A stretch of DNA of 62,935 bases, counting the filler, from a bacterium (GTDB taxonomy: Bacteria > JALSQH01), in assembly GCA_027004335.1 (NCBI GenBank). It is 11 parts of 11 records of this genome, joined end to end, with 100 filler letters (N's around TTAATTAATTAA, not from the genome) between each part and the next. Parts side by side here need not be neighbours in the genome. Positions count along the whole stretch, not along the records: positions 39,588 to 53,313 come from JALTID010000046.1; positions 53,414 to 58,150 come from JALTID010000048.1; positions 58,251 to 62,935 come from JALTID010000049.1; 8 more parts are not named here. One strand, 5' to 3'. The stretch's first letter is position 1, and each line of letters begins with the position of its first letter. Below the pieces are notes generated by a model. That model made no database searches. It saw only the letters and a program-made list of their open reading frames with translations, and was not told the DNA's origin. The translations under genes and the position numbers were made by a program. Positions 53,158-61,964 of the stretch are shown piece by piece.

Positions 53158-53313
53158 ACGTATCCTTTTTCTACGAACCAATTTATTGCATCTTTAAGGG
53201 TTTCTTTTAGAGGTCTGCTTCTATGTCCCAGTTCTCTCCTCGCTTTTGAGTCATCGTAGTACCAGTAGTAGCCTGCCATAAGTCCTGTACCATAATCCAC
53301 CGGTGGGTTTTTC
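53154..53313 (-). CDS. NAD-dependent epimerase/dehydratase (HpnA/DFR-like), C-terminal fragment
   Basis: Own translation: ...YWYYDDSKARRELGHRSRPLKETLKDAINWFVEKGYV*. Confidence 0.75.
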
Positions 53314-53413
53314 NNNNNNNNNNNNNNNNNNNNNNNNNNNNNNNNNNNNNNNNNNNNTTAATTAATTAANNNNNNNNNNNNNNNNNNNNNNNNNNNNNNN
53401 NNNNNNNNNNNNN
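53314..53413. other. Artificial contig linker
   Basis: N44-TTAATTAATTAA-N44. Confidence 0.99.
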
Positions 53414-53527
53414 GGTATGGGACTTGCCATCGTCTATGATATTGTGAAGAAACATGGGGGCAAGATAGATATGATGACTGGGGAAAAGGAGGGCACAAAA
53501 TTTATAATTACACTTCCACAGGGATAA
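53414..53527 (+). CDS. Sensor histidine kinase, C-terminal fragment
   Basis: GMGLAIVYDIVKKHGGKI...GTKFIITLP*, the HATPase G2 box region. Confidence 0.9.
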   Translation, partial: GMGLAIVYDIVKKHGGKIDMMTGEKEGTKFIITLPQG

Positions 53528-53530
53528 AAA

Positions 53531-54916
53531 ATGGGTTTGAAAAAGATACTAATTGTTGATGATGAACCCAAATACAGAAAGCTTCTTCAGATGATCCTCT
53601 CGGAAATAGATACTCTTCCACTCTCAGCCAGCAGCGGAGAAGAAGCAGTTGAAATTATTGAAGAGGAAAACCCTGAAGTCGTGATCACGGATCTTAAAAT
53701 GCCGGGAATGAGTGGTCTGGATCTTCTTAAAGAAATAAAAAATAAATACCCCCAGAAACCTGTGGTGATAATAACCGCATTTGGTAGCATAGACTCCGCA
53801 GTGGAAGCAATGAAAGAAGGAGCCTCAGATTATATTACAAAGCCATTTGAAATTGAAGATATAAAAATCAAAGTCAAAAAAATCCTGAAGGGCCTTGAAA
53901 TCCAGAAAAAAGCACAATATTTTTACGAAGAATTTAAAAAAGGACACGAATTCACGGACATAATTGGAAGTTCTTCCTCCCTTATGGAAGCAATTAAAAT
54001 GGCAAGGAGGGTCGCAGAAACTGACACCCCTGTACTTTTAACAGGAGAGAGTGGTACAGGCAAAGAACTCTTTGCAAGGGCGATACACCTTTCTTCTAAA
54101 AGGAGAGAAGGCCCGTTTATCCCCATAAATTGTGCATCTATTCCTGAAACTCTTTTAGAAAGCGAACTTTTCGGATATGAAAAAGGTGCTTTTACCGGTG
54201 CATATGAAAAAAGAAAAGGCAAAATTCAAATAGCAGAGGGGGGAACTCTTTTTCTAGATGAAATTGGAGAAATGCCCCAAGCTATTCAAGCTAAGTTATT
54301 AAGAGTTCTTGAAGAGAAGAAATTTTATCCACTTGGTTCTACAAAACCAGTAGATGTAAATTTTAGACTCATAAGTGCTACAAATAAAGATATTGAAAAA
54401 CTCGTTGGGGCGGAGAAGTTTCGTGAAGATCTTCTCTATAGAATAAATGTTTTTACAATTAAACTCCCCCCCCTCAGGGAAAGGGGAGATGATATAATCC
54501 TCCTTGCCGAGTATTTTTTGGAAAAATACTCGGCAGAACTTGGTAAGGTGAAGCCTCAACTTACAGAGGAAGTAAAAGAGATCTTTCTGAAATACCCGTG
54601 GCGAGGTAATGTAAGAGAACTGCAAAATGTGATAGAGAGAGCCTGTATAATTGCTGATATCAAAATCACCTTGAAACATCTTCCCCCTGAATTCTTAGAC
54701 CATTCAACAGATCAGGCAGAAAGCAAACCTTCAAATCTTTCAGATTTCACCCTTCCCTCTGAAGGAATTATCCTTGAAGATCTGGAAAAGAAATTCATAA
54801 TAGAAGCACTGGAAAGATCAAACTACAATATCTCAAAAGCTGCAAGACTTTTAGGATTATCACGTCCAACTCTTAGATACAGGATAGAAAAATACGGTAT
54901 CCCTGTAAAAGACTAA
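53531..54916 (+). CDS. Sigma54-dependent response regulator (NtrC family)
   Basis: REC domain (VDDE, TDLKMP, KPF), AAA+ domain (GESGTGKE, GAFTGA, FLDEIGE, WRGNVREL), Fis-type HTH. Confidence 0.97.
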   Translation: MGLKKILIVDDEPKYRKLLQMILSEIDTLPLSASSGEEAVEIIEEENPEVVITDLKMPGMSGLDLLKEIKNKYPQKPVVIITAFGSIDSAVEAMKEGASDYITKPFEIEDIKIKVKKILKGLEIQKKAQYFYEEFKKGHEFTDIIGSSSSLMEAIKMARRVAETDTPVLLTGESGTGKELFARAIHLSSKRREGPFIPINCASIPETLLESELFGYEKGAFTGAYEKRKGKIQIAEGGTLFLDEIGEMPQAIQAKLLRVLEEKKFYPLGSTKPVDVNFRLISATNKDIEKLVGAEKFREDLLYRINVFTIKLPPLRERGDDIILLAEYFLEKYSAELGKVKPQLTEEVKEIFLKYPWRGNVRELQNVIERACIIADIKITLKHLPPEFLDHSTDQAESKPSNLSDFTLPSEGIILEDLEKKFIIEALERSNYNISKAARLLGLSRPTLRYRIEKYGIPVKD

Positions 54917-55662
54917 GTAAAACGGGAAAGGAAGTTCGCCATTTTTCTTACAAGGCATTCTCTGTCCACATCCAGAGGAATTACATGATAGGAATCCCTG
55001 AAATGAAAGATTTCCTTGATCCGCGAGGAAATCCTTTTATAAATTATCCTTGCACTTTCAGGATGCACTGTATTATCAGAGAGTGAGTGAAAAATTTGGA
55101 TGGGATTTGCAACTTGATTCAATCCTAATCTAACCTCAAGTATAAATTTATATAACTCCACAGCTGCAGGGAGAGGAAACCACTTATAATCTTCAAATTG
55201 AAATCCCGGGGGTGGAAAATGGATATCCCTCTCCTTCTTCTTGTGATGAAATGGCACCTTTGCATTTGTTATTGCGAGAGTTTTTAAAAAAGTGTTATCA
55301 ATTCTACTTTTAAGTCTCATGGGAGTGGCAATTGTTACGATAGCCGGGATGCTTTTATATTTCATTGCAAGTTTAAGGGTGATCAACCCTCCCATAGAAA
55401 GTCCAGCTACAAATACGACCTTATATTTTTCCCTTAACCTTAAAAGATGCCTCTCAGCACCTTTCACCCAATCTTCTTTAGTGTTTTTCTCCATATTATA
55501 TGGAGAAGTGCAATGCCCCGGCAGACAGGGGATAGAAACTGACCAGCCCATTCTGTGGTTTAACTCCATTCCCACATACTCTAATTCTGCAGGGGTACCA
55601 GTAAAACCATGAATCAAAAGCACCATCACATCTGAACCGTCAATGAAAATATCATCTGGCAT
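54913..55662 (-). CDS. Carboxylesterase/monoacylglycerol lipase (alpha/beta hydrolase)
   Basis: IHGFTGTP, LPGH, GLSMGG, DNTV, SYHVI motifs. Confidence 0.9.
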   Translation of the reverse strand: MPDDIFIDGSDVMVLLIHGFTGTPAELEYVGMELNHRMGWSVSIPCLPGHCTSPYNMEKNTKEDWVKGAERHLLRLREKYKVVFVAGLSMGGLITLKLAMKYKSIPAIVTIATPMRLKSRIDNTFLKTLAITNAKVPFHHKKKERDIHFPPPGFQFEDYKWFPLPAAVELYKFILEVRLGLNQVANPIQIFHSLSDNTVHPESARIIYKRISSRIKEIFHFRDSYHVIPLDVDRECLVRKMANFLSRFT

Positions 55663-55755
55663 AACCCTCTCTCCATAATATTTTAATTTTAAAGTAATTT
55701 TAACGGAAAATGGGAAAAAAGAAAAGGAACAGACAGAAAAAAAATACTATAAAAA

Positions 55756-55831
55756 TGGCTCCCCGGGCAGGACTCGAACCTGCAACCTAATGGTTAACAG
55801 CCACCCGCTCTGCCGATTGAGCTACCGGGGA
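55756..55831 (-). tRNA. tRNA-Asn (GTT)
   Basis: Reverse complement TCCCCGGTAGCTCAATCGGCAGAGCGGGTGGCTGTTAACCATTAGGTTGCAGGTTCGAGTCCTGCCCGGGGAGCCA: cloverleaf, GTT anticodon, TTCGA T-loop, encoded CCA. Confidence 0.97.
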
Positions 55832-55842
55832 AACCAAGAATT

Positions 55843-55870
55843 ATTTTATTGAAATTTAGCTATTTGTCAA
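55843..55870 (-). promoter_or_regulatory. sigma70 promoter of tRNA-Asn
   Basis: TTGACA, 16 nt, TAAAAT on the minus strand, 11 nt upstream of the mature tRNA. Confidence 0.65.
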
Positions 55871-55991
55871 CCGATCAAAAGTTGACAGAACCAAAGCTGA
55901 TGAAACTCTACAAGCCATAACTTACTTTTCATATATAAGAAAATCGCAAAAAATCCTGCTCTCTCTCCAGAGAAGATTTAAAAAAACCTAC

Positions 55992-56846
55992 CTACTTCTT
56001 TCTCTTCTTTTTATATTTCTCAGGATGTCTGGAGGGATCCAGCAGATAATCCCAGTTGTACTTATCGTATGTACCGGTTTCATATTTCTTTATTATCACC
56101 GGGACAGTCCGCAATGTCCACTGAAGAACAATCTTTTCTAACCAGGTTCTTGGCTTTAAGGTATACAGCTTCTTCACAAATTCAATTGCTTTTTTCTTCT
56201 TCCCCTGAATGTAGTAGAGATCACCCAGATAAACATAAATATCAGGATGATCTGGACAATATCTGTATGCCCTCTTGAGATACTTCTCTGCCTTATCATA
56301 ATCTCCAACACTGGCAGGAAAACCTGGAAGTTTAAAATACAAGCGACCAAGATTCCGTACAGCAAAACAGTAGAACCATGTGGGATTCATTGCAGCGGCT
56401 TTCTGATACAATTTTATAACCCGAGGAACCTCTTCAAGAGTATTTAATGGTCCAAGTTCAAGCCCTAAGAGTGAAAGCATTATTGCTCTGCTTAAGTAGC
56501 AGTGAGGATGGTTGGGAAAATATTTACATAGTTCATTCACCGCGTTTACACCATACTTAACTATTTTTTTTTCATCTTTTGAGGGAGAAACTTCCCAGAG
56601 ATAATAAATATAATCAAGTCGTATCCTGTGAAGATCAAAATTTTTAGGATTTTTCCTAAGTTCCTGCGTAAGCTGGACGATAATCCATTTCTCAAATTTT
56701 GGATTCTCTATGTCCTTCAATGTAGGTATAAATTTCTCAGTTACAGGTTTCTCAGGATCATACAACCTGTAATCAAAAGAATAAAGCACCTCTCCATAAA
56801 TCAACCCTCCCAGCAAAATGATGAGGAGGAGAATAAGTTTCTTCAT
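55992..56846 (-). CDS. Exported TPR protein, TRAP-T TatT/BstC-like
   Basis: Signal peptide; helical repeats with LGRLYFKLPGFPASVGDYDKAEKYLKRA. Confidence 0.6.
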   Translation of the reverse strand: MKKLILLLIILLGGLIYGEVLYSFDYRLYDPEKPVTEKFIPTLKDIENPKFEKWIIVQLTQELRKNPKNFDLHRIRLDYIYYLWEVSPSKDEKKIVKYGVNAVNELCKYFPNHPHCYLSRAIMLSLLGLELGPLNTLEEVPRVIKLYQKAAAMNPTWFYCFAVRNLGRLYFKLPGFPASVGDYDKAEKYLKRAYRYCPDHPDIYVYLGDLYYIQGKKKKAIEFVKKLYTLKPRTWLEKIVLQWTLRTVPVIIKKYETGTYDKYNWDYLLDPSRHPEKYKKKRKK

Positions 56847-56858
56847 CTTTTAATTAAA

Positions 56859-56887
56859 ATTCTAAATGCAAATCAGGAGAATGTCAA
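56859..56887 (-). promoter_or_regulatory. sigma70 promoter of the TPR gene
   Basis: TTGACA, 17 nt, TAGAAT on the minus strand, 12 nt before the ATG. Confidence 0.6.
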
Positions 56888-57028
56888 TAAAAAATCGTTT
56901 TATTTTTTCCTTGATGTTACAGGGGAGATGAGAGCAACAGAAAGTCAGGGGAAATTCTTAATTAGGTTAAGGTGAATCCTTAACAACTCATTAATTTCCC
57001 TTTACAAATTAACAAAATAAAGCACATT

Positions 57029-57142
57029 ATGAAAAAACTATTCATCATTATTACCATTGCAATTATTCTCCTGGCAGGCATTTTCTATACATTAAAAAGT
57101 ATACTGAATATGCCTCCACATCCAGAGCAAAGCATTACATAA
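57029..57142 (+). CDS. Small membrane-anchored ORF or pseudogene remnant
   Basis: MKKLFIIITIAIILLAGIFYTLKSILNMPPHPEQSIT*, with a signal-anchor-like N-terminus and no clear SD. Confidence 0.3.
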   Translation: MKKLFIIITIAIILLAGIFYTLKSILNMPPHPEQSIT

Positions 57143-57418
57143 TATTAGCCATGCAATATGTTAATGCCACACTGCCATTCTTTAAATAAAAATTTCTTTA
57201 TACCACAAAAATTTTTATTTAAAAAAATTAAATATAATTTCTTCTTCAAGATCTTTTTTAATAAAGAGAAGAGAAACCATAGATCTCCATCCTGTCCTGC
57301 AGGTTGGAAACAGAGTGATACAATTTACCTAAATCAATTATTCTATACCATTTCAAATTTGATATAATAAATAAAATCAAACTGCGGAAATTCAGAAACA
57401 AAATCTATGGAGGTTTTA

Positions 57419-58150
57419 ATGGACTTCAAATGCTATGTACCCATTAGAATAATTTTTGGAAAGGGGAGTATTAAAAAGATAGCACAATACACTGCAAGGA
57501 ATGGCAGTAGGGTGCTTTTTATCACTGGAAAGAGGCATCTGAAAGAAACTGGAGTACTGGAGAATATTCTACAATCCTTTGAGAAAACAAATAAGATAGA
57601 AAAAGTAATACATTTTAACAATGTGAGAGAGAACCCCTCTGTTGAGCAGGTAGATGAGGCAAAAGAGTTGATATTAAAAAATAATTTAAATATTGTGGTA
57701 GCAGTTGGTGGGGGCAGTGCTATGGATTTAGCAAAGGCAGTCAGTATCTCCGCAAAACAGAAAAAATCTGTGAAAGAACTTCTTGGTAACCCCCAGATAA
57801 ATGTGATGGACGCCTACCCCATTATCTGCTCACCTACAACTTCTGGGTCAGGTAGCGAGGCAACAAAGTATGCTGTGATCAGTGACGATAATAAAAAAAC
57901 CAAGTTAGCCCTTTCCACAGAGAGCATATACCCCACAGTCTCCATTGTTGACCCTGAATTAACCTACACAATGCCAGCAAATACCGTTGCAAATACCGGT
58001 TTTGATGCCCTTTCTCATGCCATTGAGGCTTTTACATCTAAATCAGCCAGTCCAATAACTGACGCATACTGCAGGGAAGCATTAAAATTGATAGGAAAAA
58101 ATCTTGTAGATTCATATACAGACAGAAAATCTGAGGCAATGGACAACATG
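57419..58150 (+). CDS. Iron-containing alcohol dehydrogenase, 3'-truncated
   Basis: IIFGKG, ENPS, AVGGGSAMDLAK, PTTSGSGSEAT, IVDPELT, DALSHAIE motifs. Start at 57419 follows GGAGG. Confidence 0.93.
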
Positions 58151-58250
58151 NNNNNNNNNNNNNNNNNNNNNNNNNNNNNNNNNNNNNNNNNNNNTTAATT
58201 AATTAANNNNNNNNNNNNNNNNNNNNNNNNNNNNNNNNNNNNNNNNNNNN
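58151..58250. other. Artificial contig linker
   Basis: N44-TTAATTAATTAA-N44. Confidence 0.99.
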
Positions 58251-58251
58251 C

Positions 58252-58293
58252 CTCAATAATGGGCCTGTAACATTTATAATTGAATATCCCTGA
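58252..58293 (+). CDS. Probable extreme C-terminus of D-aminoacyl-tRNA deacylase
   Basis: LNNGPVTFIIEYP* resembles the Dtd N(D)GPVT motif; only 13 codons are visible. Confidence 0.5.
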   Translation, partial: LNNGPVTFIIEYP

Positions 58294-58458
58294 GATAGGT
58301 GAGGGACGGTAGAAATTTATAATTTAATTTTAGATGAAGATTTTTCCATTGTTGAGGTTTCTCCTTCCTCTCTGAAGTAGCTTCTTGGTTTAGATGGCGG
58401 TTTTGCCTTTGTTTAAATCAAGGTAGGGAATATGTCTTGACCAGAATAAGTCTTCCTC

Positions 58459-58487
58459 TTGAAAAGAAAAGATTTCTTCTGTATGAT
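58459..58487 (+). promoter_or_regulatory. sigma70 promoter for the bTHX gene
   Basis: TTGAAA, 17 nt, TATGAT, followed by a GGAGGTG SD. Confidence 0.6.
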
Positions 58488-58511
58488 ATTACCAAAAAGC
58501 TGGAGGTGAAA

Positions 58512-58616
58512 ATGGGGAAAGGTGATAGAAGGTCACGACGCGGTAAAATATGGCGTAATTCTTATGGGAAATATAGAAAAAAGAAAAGAGAAAAAAGTGG
58601 AGGACATTCAAGATAG
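58512..58616 (+). CDS. thx: 30S ribosomal protein bTHX
   Basis: MGKGDRRSRRGKIWRNSYGKYRKKKREKSGGHSR* matches the bTHX pattern GKGDxxxxRGKIxxxxYGKYR; strong SD; too short for the ORF track. Confidence 0.9.
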   Translation: MGKGDRRSRRGKIWRNSYGKYRKKKREKSGGHSR

Positions 58617-58634
58617 TTTTTACTACAGAGCCTC

Positions 58635-58663
58635 TTGCAATGGTAAGAATCCTGTGTTAAACT
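58635..58663 (+). promoter_or_regulatory. Putative sigma70 promoter, possibly leaderless
   Basis: TTGCAA, 17 nt, TAAACT with a TGn extension; ATG 8 nt downstream with no SD. Confidence 0.5.
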
Positions 58664-58671
58664 GAAAGTGC

Positions 58672-59301
58672 ATGAAGGTAGAAGTTTATTTAGCCTTAGT
58701 TTTTGTAGTAATAATGTTAGCATATGTTGAGAAAGGTAATGGAGATGGAATTTTTTATTATGTGGATAGTAAAGGGGTAATCCATTTTACTGATACGCCA
58801 ACTAATTTGAAAAAATACAAACCTTTTATCCCTATTGAAAAGGCAAAGAAAATTATTCATCAGGCTCACAGGAAATTATCACTTAACGAAAACAGATATG
58901 ATCCTATAATTAGAATATACTCTAAAGAATTTTCTATACCCTTTGAATTGATTAAAGCAGTTATAAAGGCGGAATCCAATTTTAATCCTTATGCTGTTTC
59001 CCCAGCGGGCGCAGTTGGATTAATGCAATTAATGCCTGAGACTGCTAGAAAGATTGGAGTGACGAATCTCTGGTCACCTGTGGAAAATATTTACGCAGGG
59101 GTGAGATACCTTAGATATCTGTTGGATAAATTTAGCTGGAATTACTCAAAAGCTCTTGCTGCATATAATGCAGGGAGTCTGCGTGTTCTTAAGAATGGCG
59201 GGGTTCCTGATATCCCAGAAACCAAAAATTACATCAGGAAAGTTTTCTACTATTACAGAATTTATATCGCCAGAAGTCTTGCTCATCTGGTCAAAAAGTA
59301 A
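58672..59301 (+). CDS. Lytic transglycosylase (SLT domain with DUF4124-like N-terminus)
   Basis: YVDSKGVIHFTDTP, IKAESNFNP, GAVGLMQLMP, AAYNAG, ETKNYIRKV motifs. Confidence 0.93.
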   Translation: MKVEVYLALVFVVIMLAYVEKGNGDGIFYYVDSKGVIHFTDTPTNLKKYKPFIPIEKAKKIIHQAHRKLSLNENRYDPIIRIYSKEFSIPFELIKAVIKAESNFNPYAVSPAGAVGLMQLMPETARKIGVTNLWSPVENIYAGVRYLRYLLDKFSWNYSKALAAYNAGSLRVLKNGGVPDIPETKNYIRKVFYYYRIYIARSLAHLVKK

Positions 59302-59302
59302 A

Positions 59303-60505
59303 ATGGACAAAAGAATACTTGAAGCAAAAAAATTACTTGAAAGTGGTAACTTGCCAGAATCAAGAGTCCTAGTAGAAGAGATTCTTAAAGAACATCCTTC
59401 GGATCCTGCAGCAAGAAACCTTCTTGGATTGATTTATTTCCAGTTAGAAGATTATAATGAAAGCATTAATATTTTTAGGGACCTTGTAGAAGAGTATCCT
59501 AACGAGGTACCTCTTTTGGTAAATCTGGGTCTTGCATATTTGAAAAAAGGGGATTCTCTTGAAGCGGTAAGGGTTCTTGAGAAGGCGGTGAGGTTAAATC
59601 CTCATCATAGGAAAGCTTACAATTACCTTGGTCTTTCTTATGCTAATCTAAATCTCTATCAAAAAGCGAGAGATGCTTTTAAATTAGGTGATTCTCCCAG
59701 AATGGTTGAGAAAATGGAAGGGATTTTAACTTCTCTTACTCCAGAAGTTGAGGAAAAGGGGCAGAGTTTTGAGGAAGTAGTTGTTAGCAGCAAGGAAGAG
59801 GAATTTTCAAAGGAATTGAGTACGACTTCCTCTGAAATAAGTAGAGATAAACTTGATAAATTATTGAACACAATAGAGGTTATTTCGGATGAGGAAGGGA
59901 TTAAGTATCCGGGTAAGGATCTTGACAAAGTTGGGGAAGAAGGTTCTATTAGAGTGGTGGATAACTTAGTAATATGTTCCCTTGAGTTAGGGCCATGTTT
60001 CTCAGTTGTTAAGGATATCTTGATTAGAAGTGGGGATATTGAGTTTATGCCAAAGTACAAAAAATACAAAGGTAAGGAGCTAAAGACCTATTTTTCTTCT
60101 GCTCATGGGATAATTCATGAGATTTCGGGAAATGGAGGAAAGGTGATTTTTAATCCTTCTAAAAATGTTCATTTCTTTTCATTAACTGGAGATTTTCCAT
60201 TTTATTTCCATGAAAGGTTGGTTTATGCTTTTAGTGGGGAGCTTAAGTGGGAGAATGGAAGACTCCCTTCCCCTGGTGAAGGGGATGATCTGTATCTTGT
60301 CCAGTTTCGGGGAGAAGGATCAGTGGTCGTTGTTACCGATGGAGAGGTGTATAAATTATCTCTTGAGGAAGAACCTATTTATCTTCCTCTAAATTCCTTT
60401 ATCGGGTGGGGAGGAGACATCCTACCTGCTTTTGTTGAGGATTCGGCCGGGAATTTTCAGGTAGAACTTTCAGGTAAGGGAGTGGTTTTTTTCAAAGTGG
60501 AGTAA
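59303..60505 (+). CDS. TPR-repeat protein with C-terminal AIM24-like domain
   Basis: Start MDKRILE, several TPRs, acidic linker, then WENGRLP, LVQFRGEG, FIGWGG, VELSGKG. Confidence 0.7.
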   Translation: MDKRILEAKKLLESGNLPESRVLVEEILKEHPSDPAARNLLGLIYFQLEDYNESINIFRDLVEEYPNEVPLLVNLGLAYLKKGDSLEAVRVLEKAVRLNPHHRKAYNYLGLSYANLNLYQKARDAFKLGDSPRMVEKMEGILTSLTPEVEEKGQSFEEVVVSSKEEEFSKELSTTSSEISRDKLDKLLNTIEVISDEEGIKYPGKDLDKVGEEGSIRVVDNLVICSLELGPCFSVVKDILIRSGDIEFMPKYKKYKGKELKTYFSSAHGIIHEISGNGGKVIFNPSKNVHFFSLTGDFPFYFHERLVYAFSGELKWENGRLPSPGEGDDLYLVQFRGEGSVVVVTDGEVYKLSLEEEPIYLPLNSFIGWGGDILPAFVEDSAGNFQVELSGKGVVFFKVE

Positions 60506-60507
60506 AA

Positions 60508-61115
60508 ATGTCTAAAAAAGAAAAAATACTGAATNNNNNNNNNNCCCCAATACCCTAACCATACTCAGGATACTGATAGCATTAACTCTTGTAGTTCTAC
60601 TAACTCTGGAAAAGGGACTTCCAGATGATCAACTTTTTCCATGGAACTGGGTGGGTCTAATTTTGTTTGTTATTGCTGCTGTTTCCGATTATGTGGATGG
60701 GTATCTTGCAAGACATTACAACTGGGTAACCAATTTTGGTAAATTATTTGATCCCCTGGCTGATAAATTTCTGATAGATTTTTCTTTTATCATGCTTACT
60801 GACCTTGGAAGAGTTCCTGGCTGGATCACGGTAATCATTGTAGGGAGGGATATTGCTGTAACCGGATTGAGGGGTATCGCAGCGGAAATGGGTGTAGTTA
60901 TTGCTGCTGCATGGTCTGGAAAACTCAAAACTCTTTCCGAGTTGTTAACCCTTGGAGGTTATATTTACTGGACTGACCTCTGGATTCTGAATGGGAGAGT
61001 GTGGGGAAATGTATTTGTAGTTTTTGCAGTGATCTTAGCTCTATGGTCAGGAATAGATTATTTTAATAGATTTTGGAAGACCTTGATGGAGGAAGATGTT
61101 GAAGAAAGAGGATAA
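60508..61115 (+). CDS. pgsA: CDP-diacylglycerol--glycerol-3-phosphate 3-phosphatidyltransferase (10-N gap at 60535-60544)
   Basis: PNTLTILRI after the gap, DYVDGYLAR...GKLFDPLADK, GRDIAVTGLR, GKLKT motifs. Confidence 0.92.
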
Positions 61116-61962
61116 GAGGGGGATTACTATTTACCTTTTTTCAGAAGATAGGAAGAGAAAGCTCTCTCTGTCTTCTGAAAAGGTTAGATTTTTTAAATAT
61201 TCGCTTATTATTTTTCTTCTTGTGTTTGTTAGTTCTGTGGGATTAAATTTTTTCTTTGCAGATAGATACAATAAGTATCTGAGTCTAAAAAGAGAAGTTG
61301 AGGAGAGTAAAGTTTTTATGAGAAGGACCACTTTTTCGCTTTTAAAAGATAAAAAACTCCTGGATCTTTCCGCTGAAAAATTGTGGAGGTTATCTCTTTC
61401 AAAAGATCACAAGCCGTGGGAAGGTGGAAATTTTACAGGTTGGTATGACTCCAATGTAATAAATAGTGCTGAAGAATCTCTTGAGCAGATAGGAGAATCT
61501 GTGAAGAATCTTGAAAAAGTGGGGAATGATCTTTATAGAGTTTTTCTTTCTCCATATTCTCCTTACCAATGGATACCCAATTATATGCCTGTTACAGGAG
61601 AGGTTGCTATCCCCTTTGGGGAATACAAGGATCCTTTTACTCAGAAAGTGGAGCAACATAATGGAATAGGTATTGTTACCCCTTTTGGTTCAAAGGTGAG
61701 GGCTGCCGCAGCAGGGAAAATAATTTATATTGGTAGAAGTGCCAGATTTGGCAGGGTTGTGAAAATCTCCCATGGTTATGGTCTTGAAACGATTTATGGT
61801 CATATTGATTTGGTGAAGTATCCAGTGGGATACTCTGTGAAAAAGGGAGAGGTTTTTGCTGTTACTGGAAATGTTGGAAGATTGATTGAACCGCTTCTTT
61901 ATTTTGAAGTGGATTTTGAGGGAAGACCATGTGATCCTGAATCCTTTTTGCTACAGAGGTAA
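61096..61962 (+). CDS. Membrane-anchored M23/LytM-domain protein with degenerate Zn site
   Basis: One TM helix, coiled coil, then DPFT, HNGIG, VRAAAAG, TIYGHI, PLLYFEV. Confidence 0.85.
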   Translation: MLKKEDKRGITIYLFSEDRKRKLSLSSEKVRFFKYSLIIFLLVFVSSVGLNFFFADRYNKYLSLKREVEESKVFMRRTTFSLLKDKKLLDLSAEKLWRLSLSKDHKPWEGGNFTGWYDSNVINSAEESLEQIGESVKNLEKVGNDLYRVFLSPYSPYQWIPNYMPVTGEVAIPFGEYKDPFTQKVEQHNGIGIVTPFGSKVRAAAAGKIIYIGRSARFGRVVKISHGYGLETIYGHIDLVKYPVGYSVKKGEVFAVTGNVGRLIEPLLYFEVDFEGRPCDPESFLLQR

Positions 61963-61964
61963 AA

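Noticed and set aside
55756..55831. tRNA-Asn as a possible integration site
   Set aside because: No integrase, no duplicated tRNA 3' end and no mobile-element genes nearby.
4972..58250. Ten regularly spaced identical TTAATTAATTAA elements flanked by Ns
   Set aside because: Artificial six-frame-stop linkers between concatenated contigs, not a biological repeat or CRISPR. Contig lengths fall from 4919 to 4737 nt with one 13.7-kb exception, which points to file ordering.
58294..58440. Intergenic stretch with a PAS-like peptide (LILDEDFSIVEVSPSSLK*LLG) and a minus-strand GGCAAAAC motif suggestive of a c-di-GMP riboswitch
   Set aside because: The peptide has no start and is too short to call. 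The riboswitch lacks the GACGCAAAGC core and P2 stem.
60535..60544. Apparent frameshift in pgsA, with a similar 10-N gap at 18711-18720
   Set aside because: Caused by placeholder scaffold gaps of arbitrary length, not pseudogenisation.
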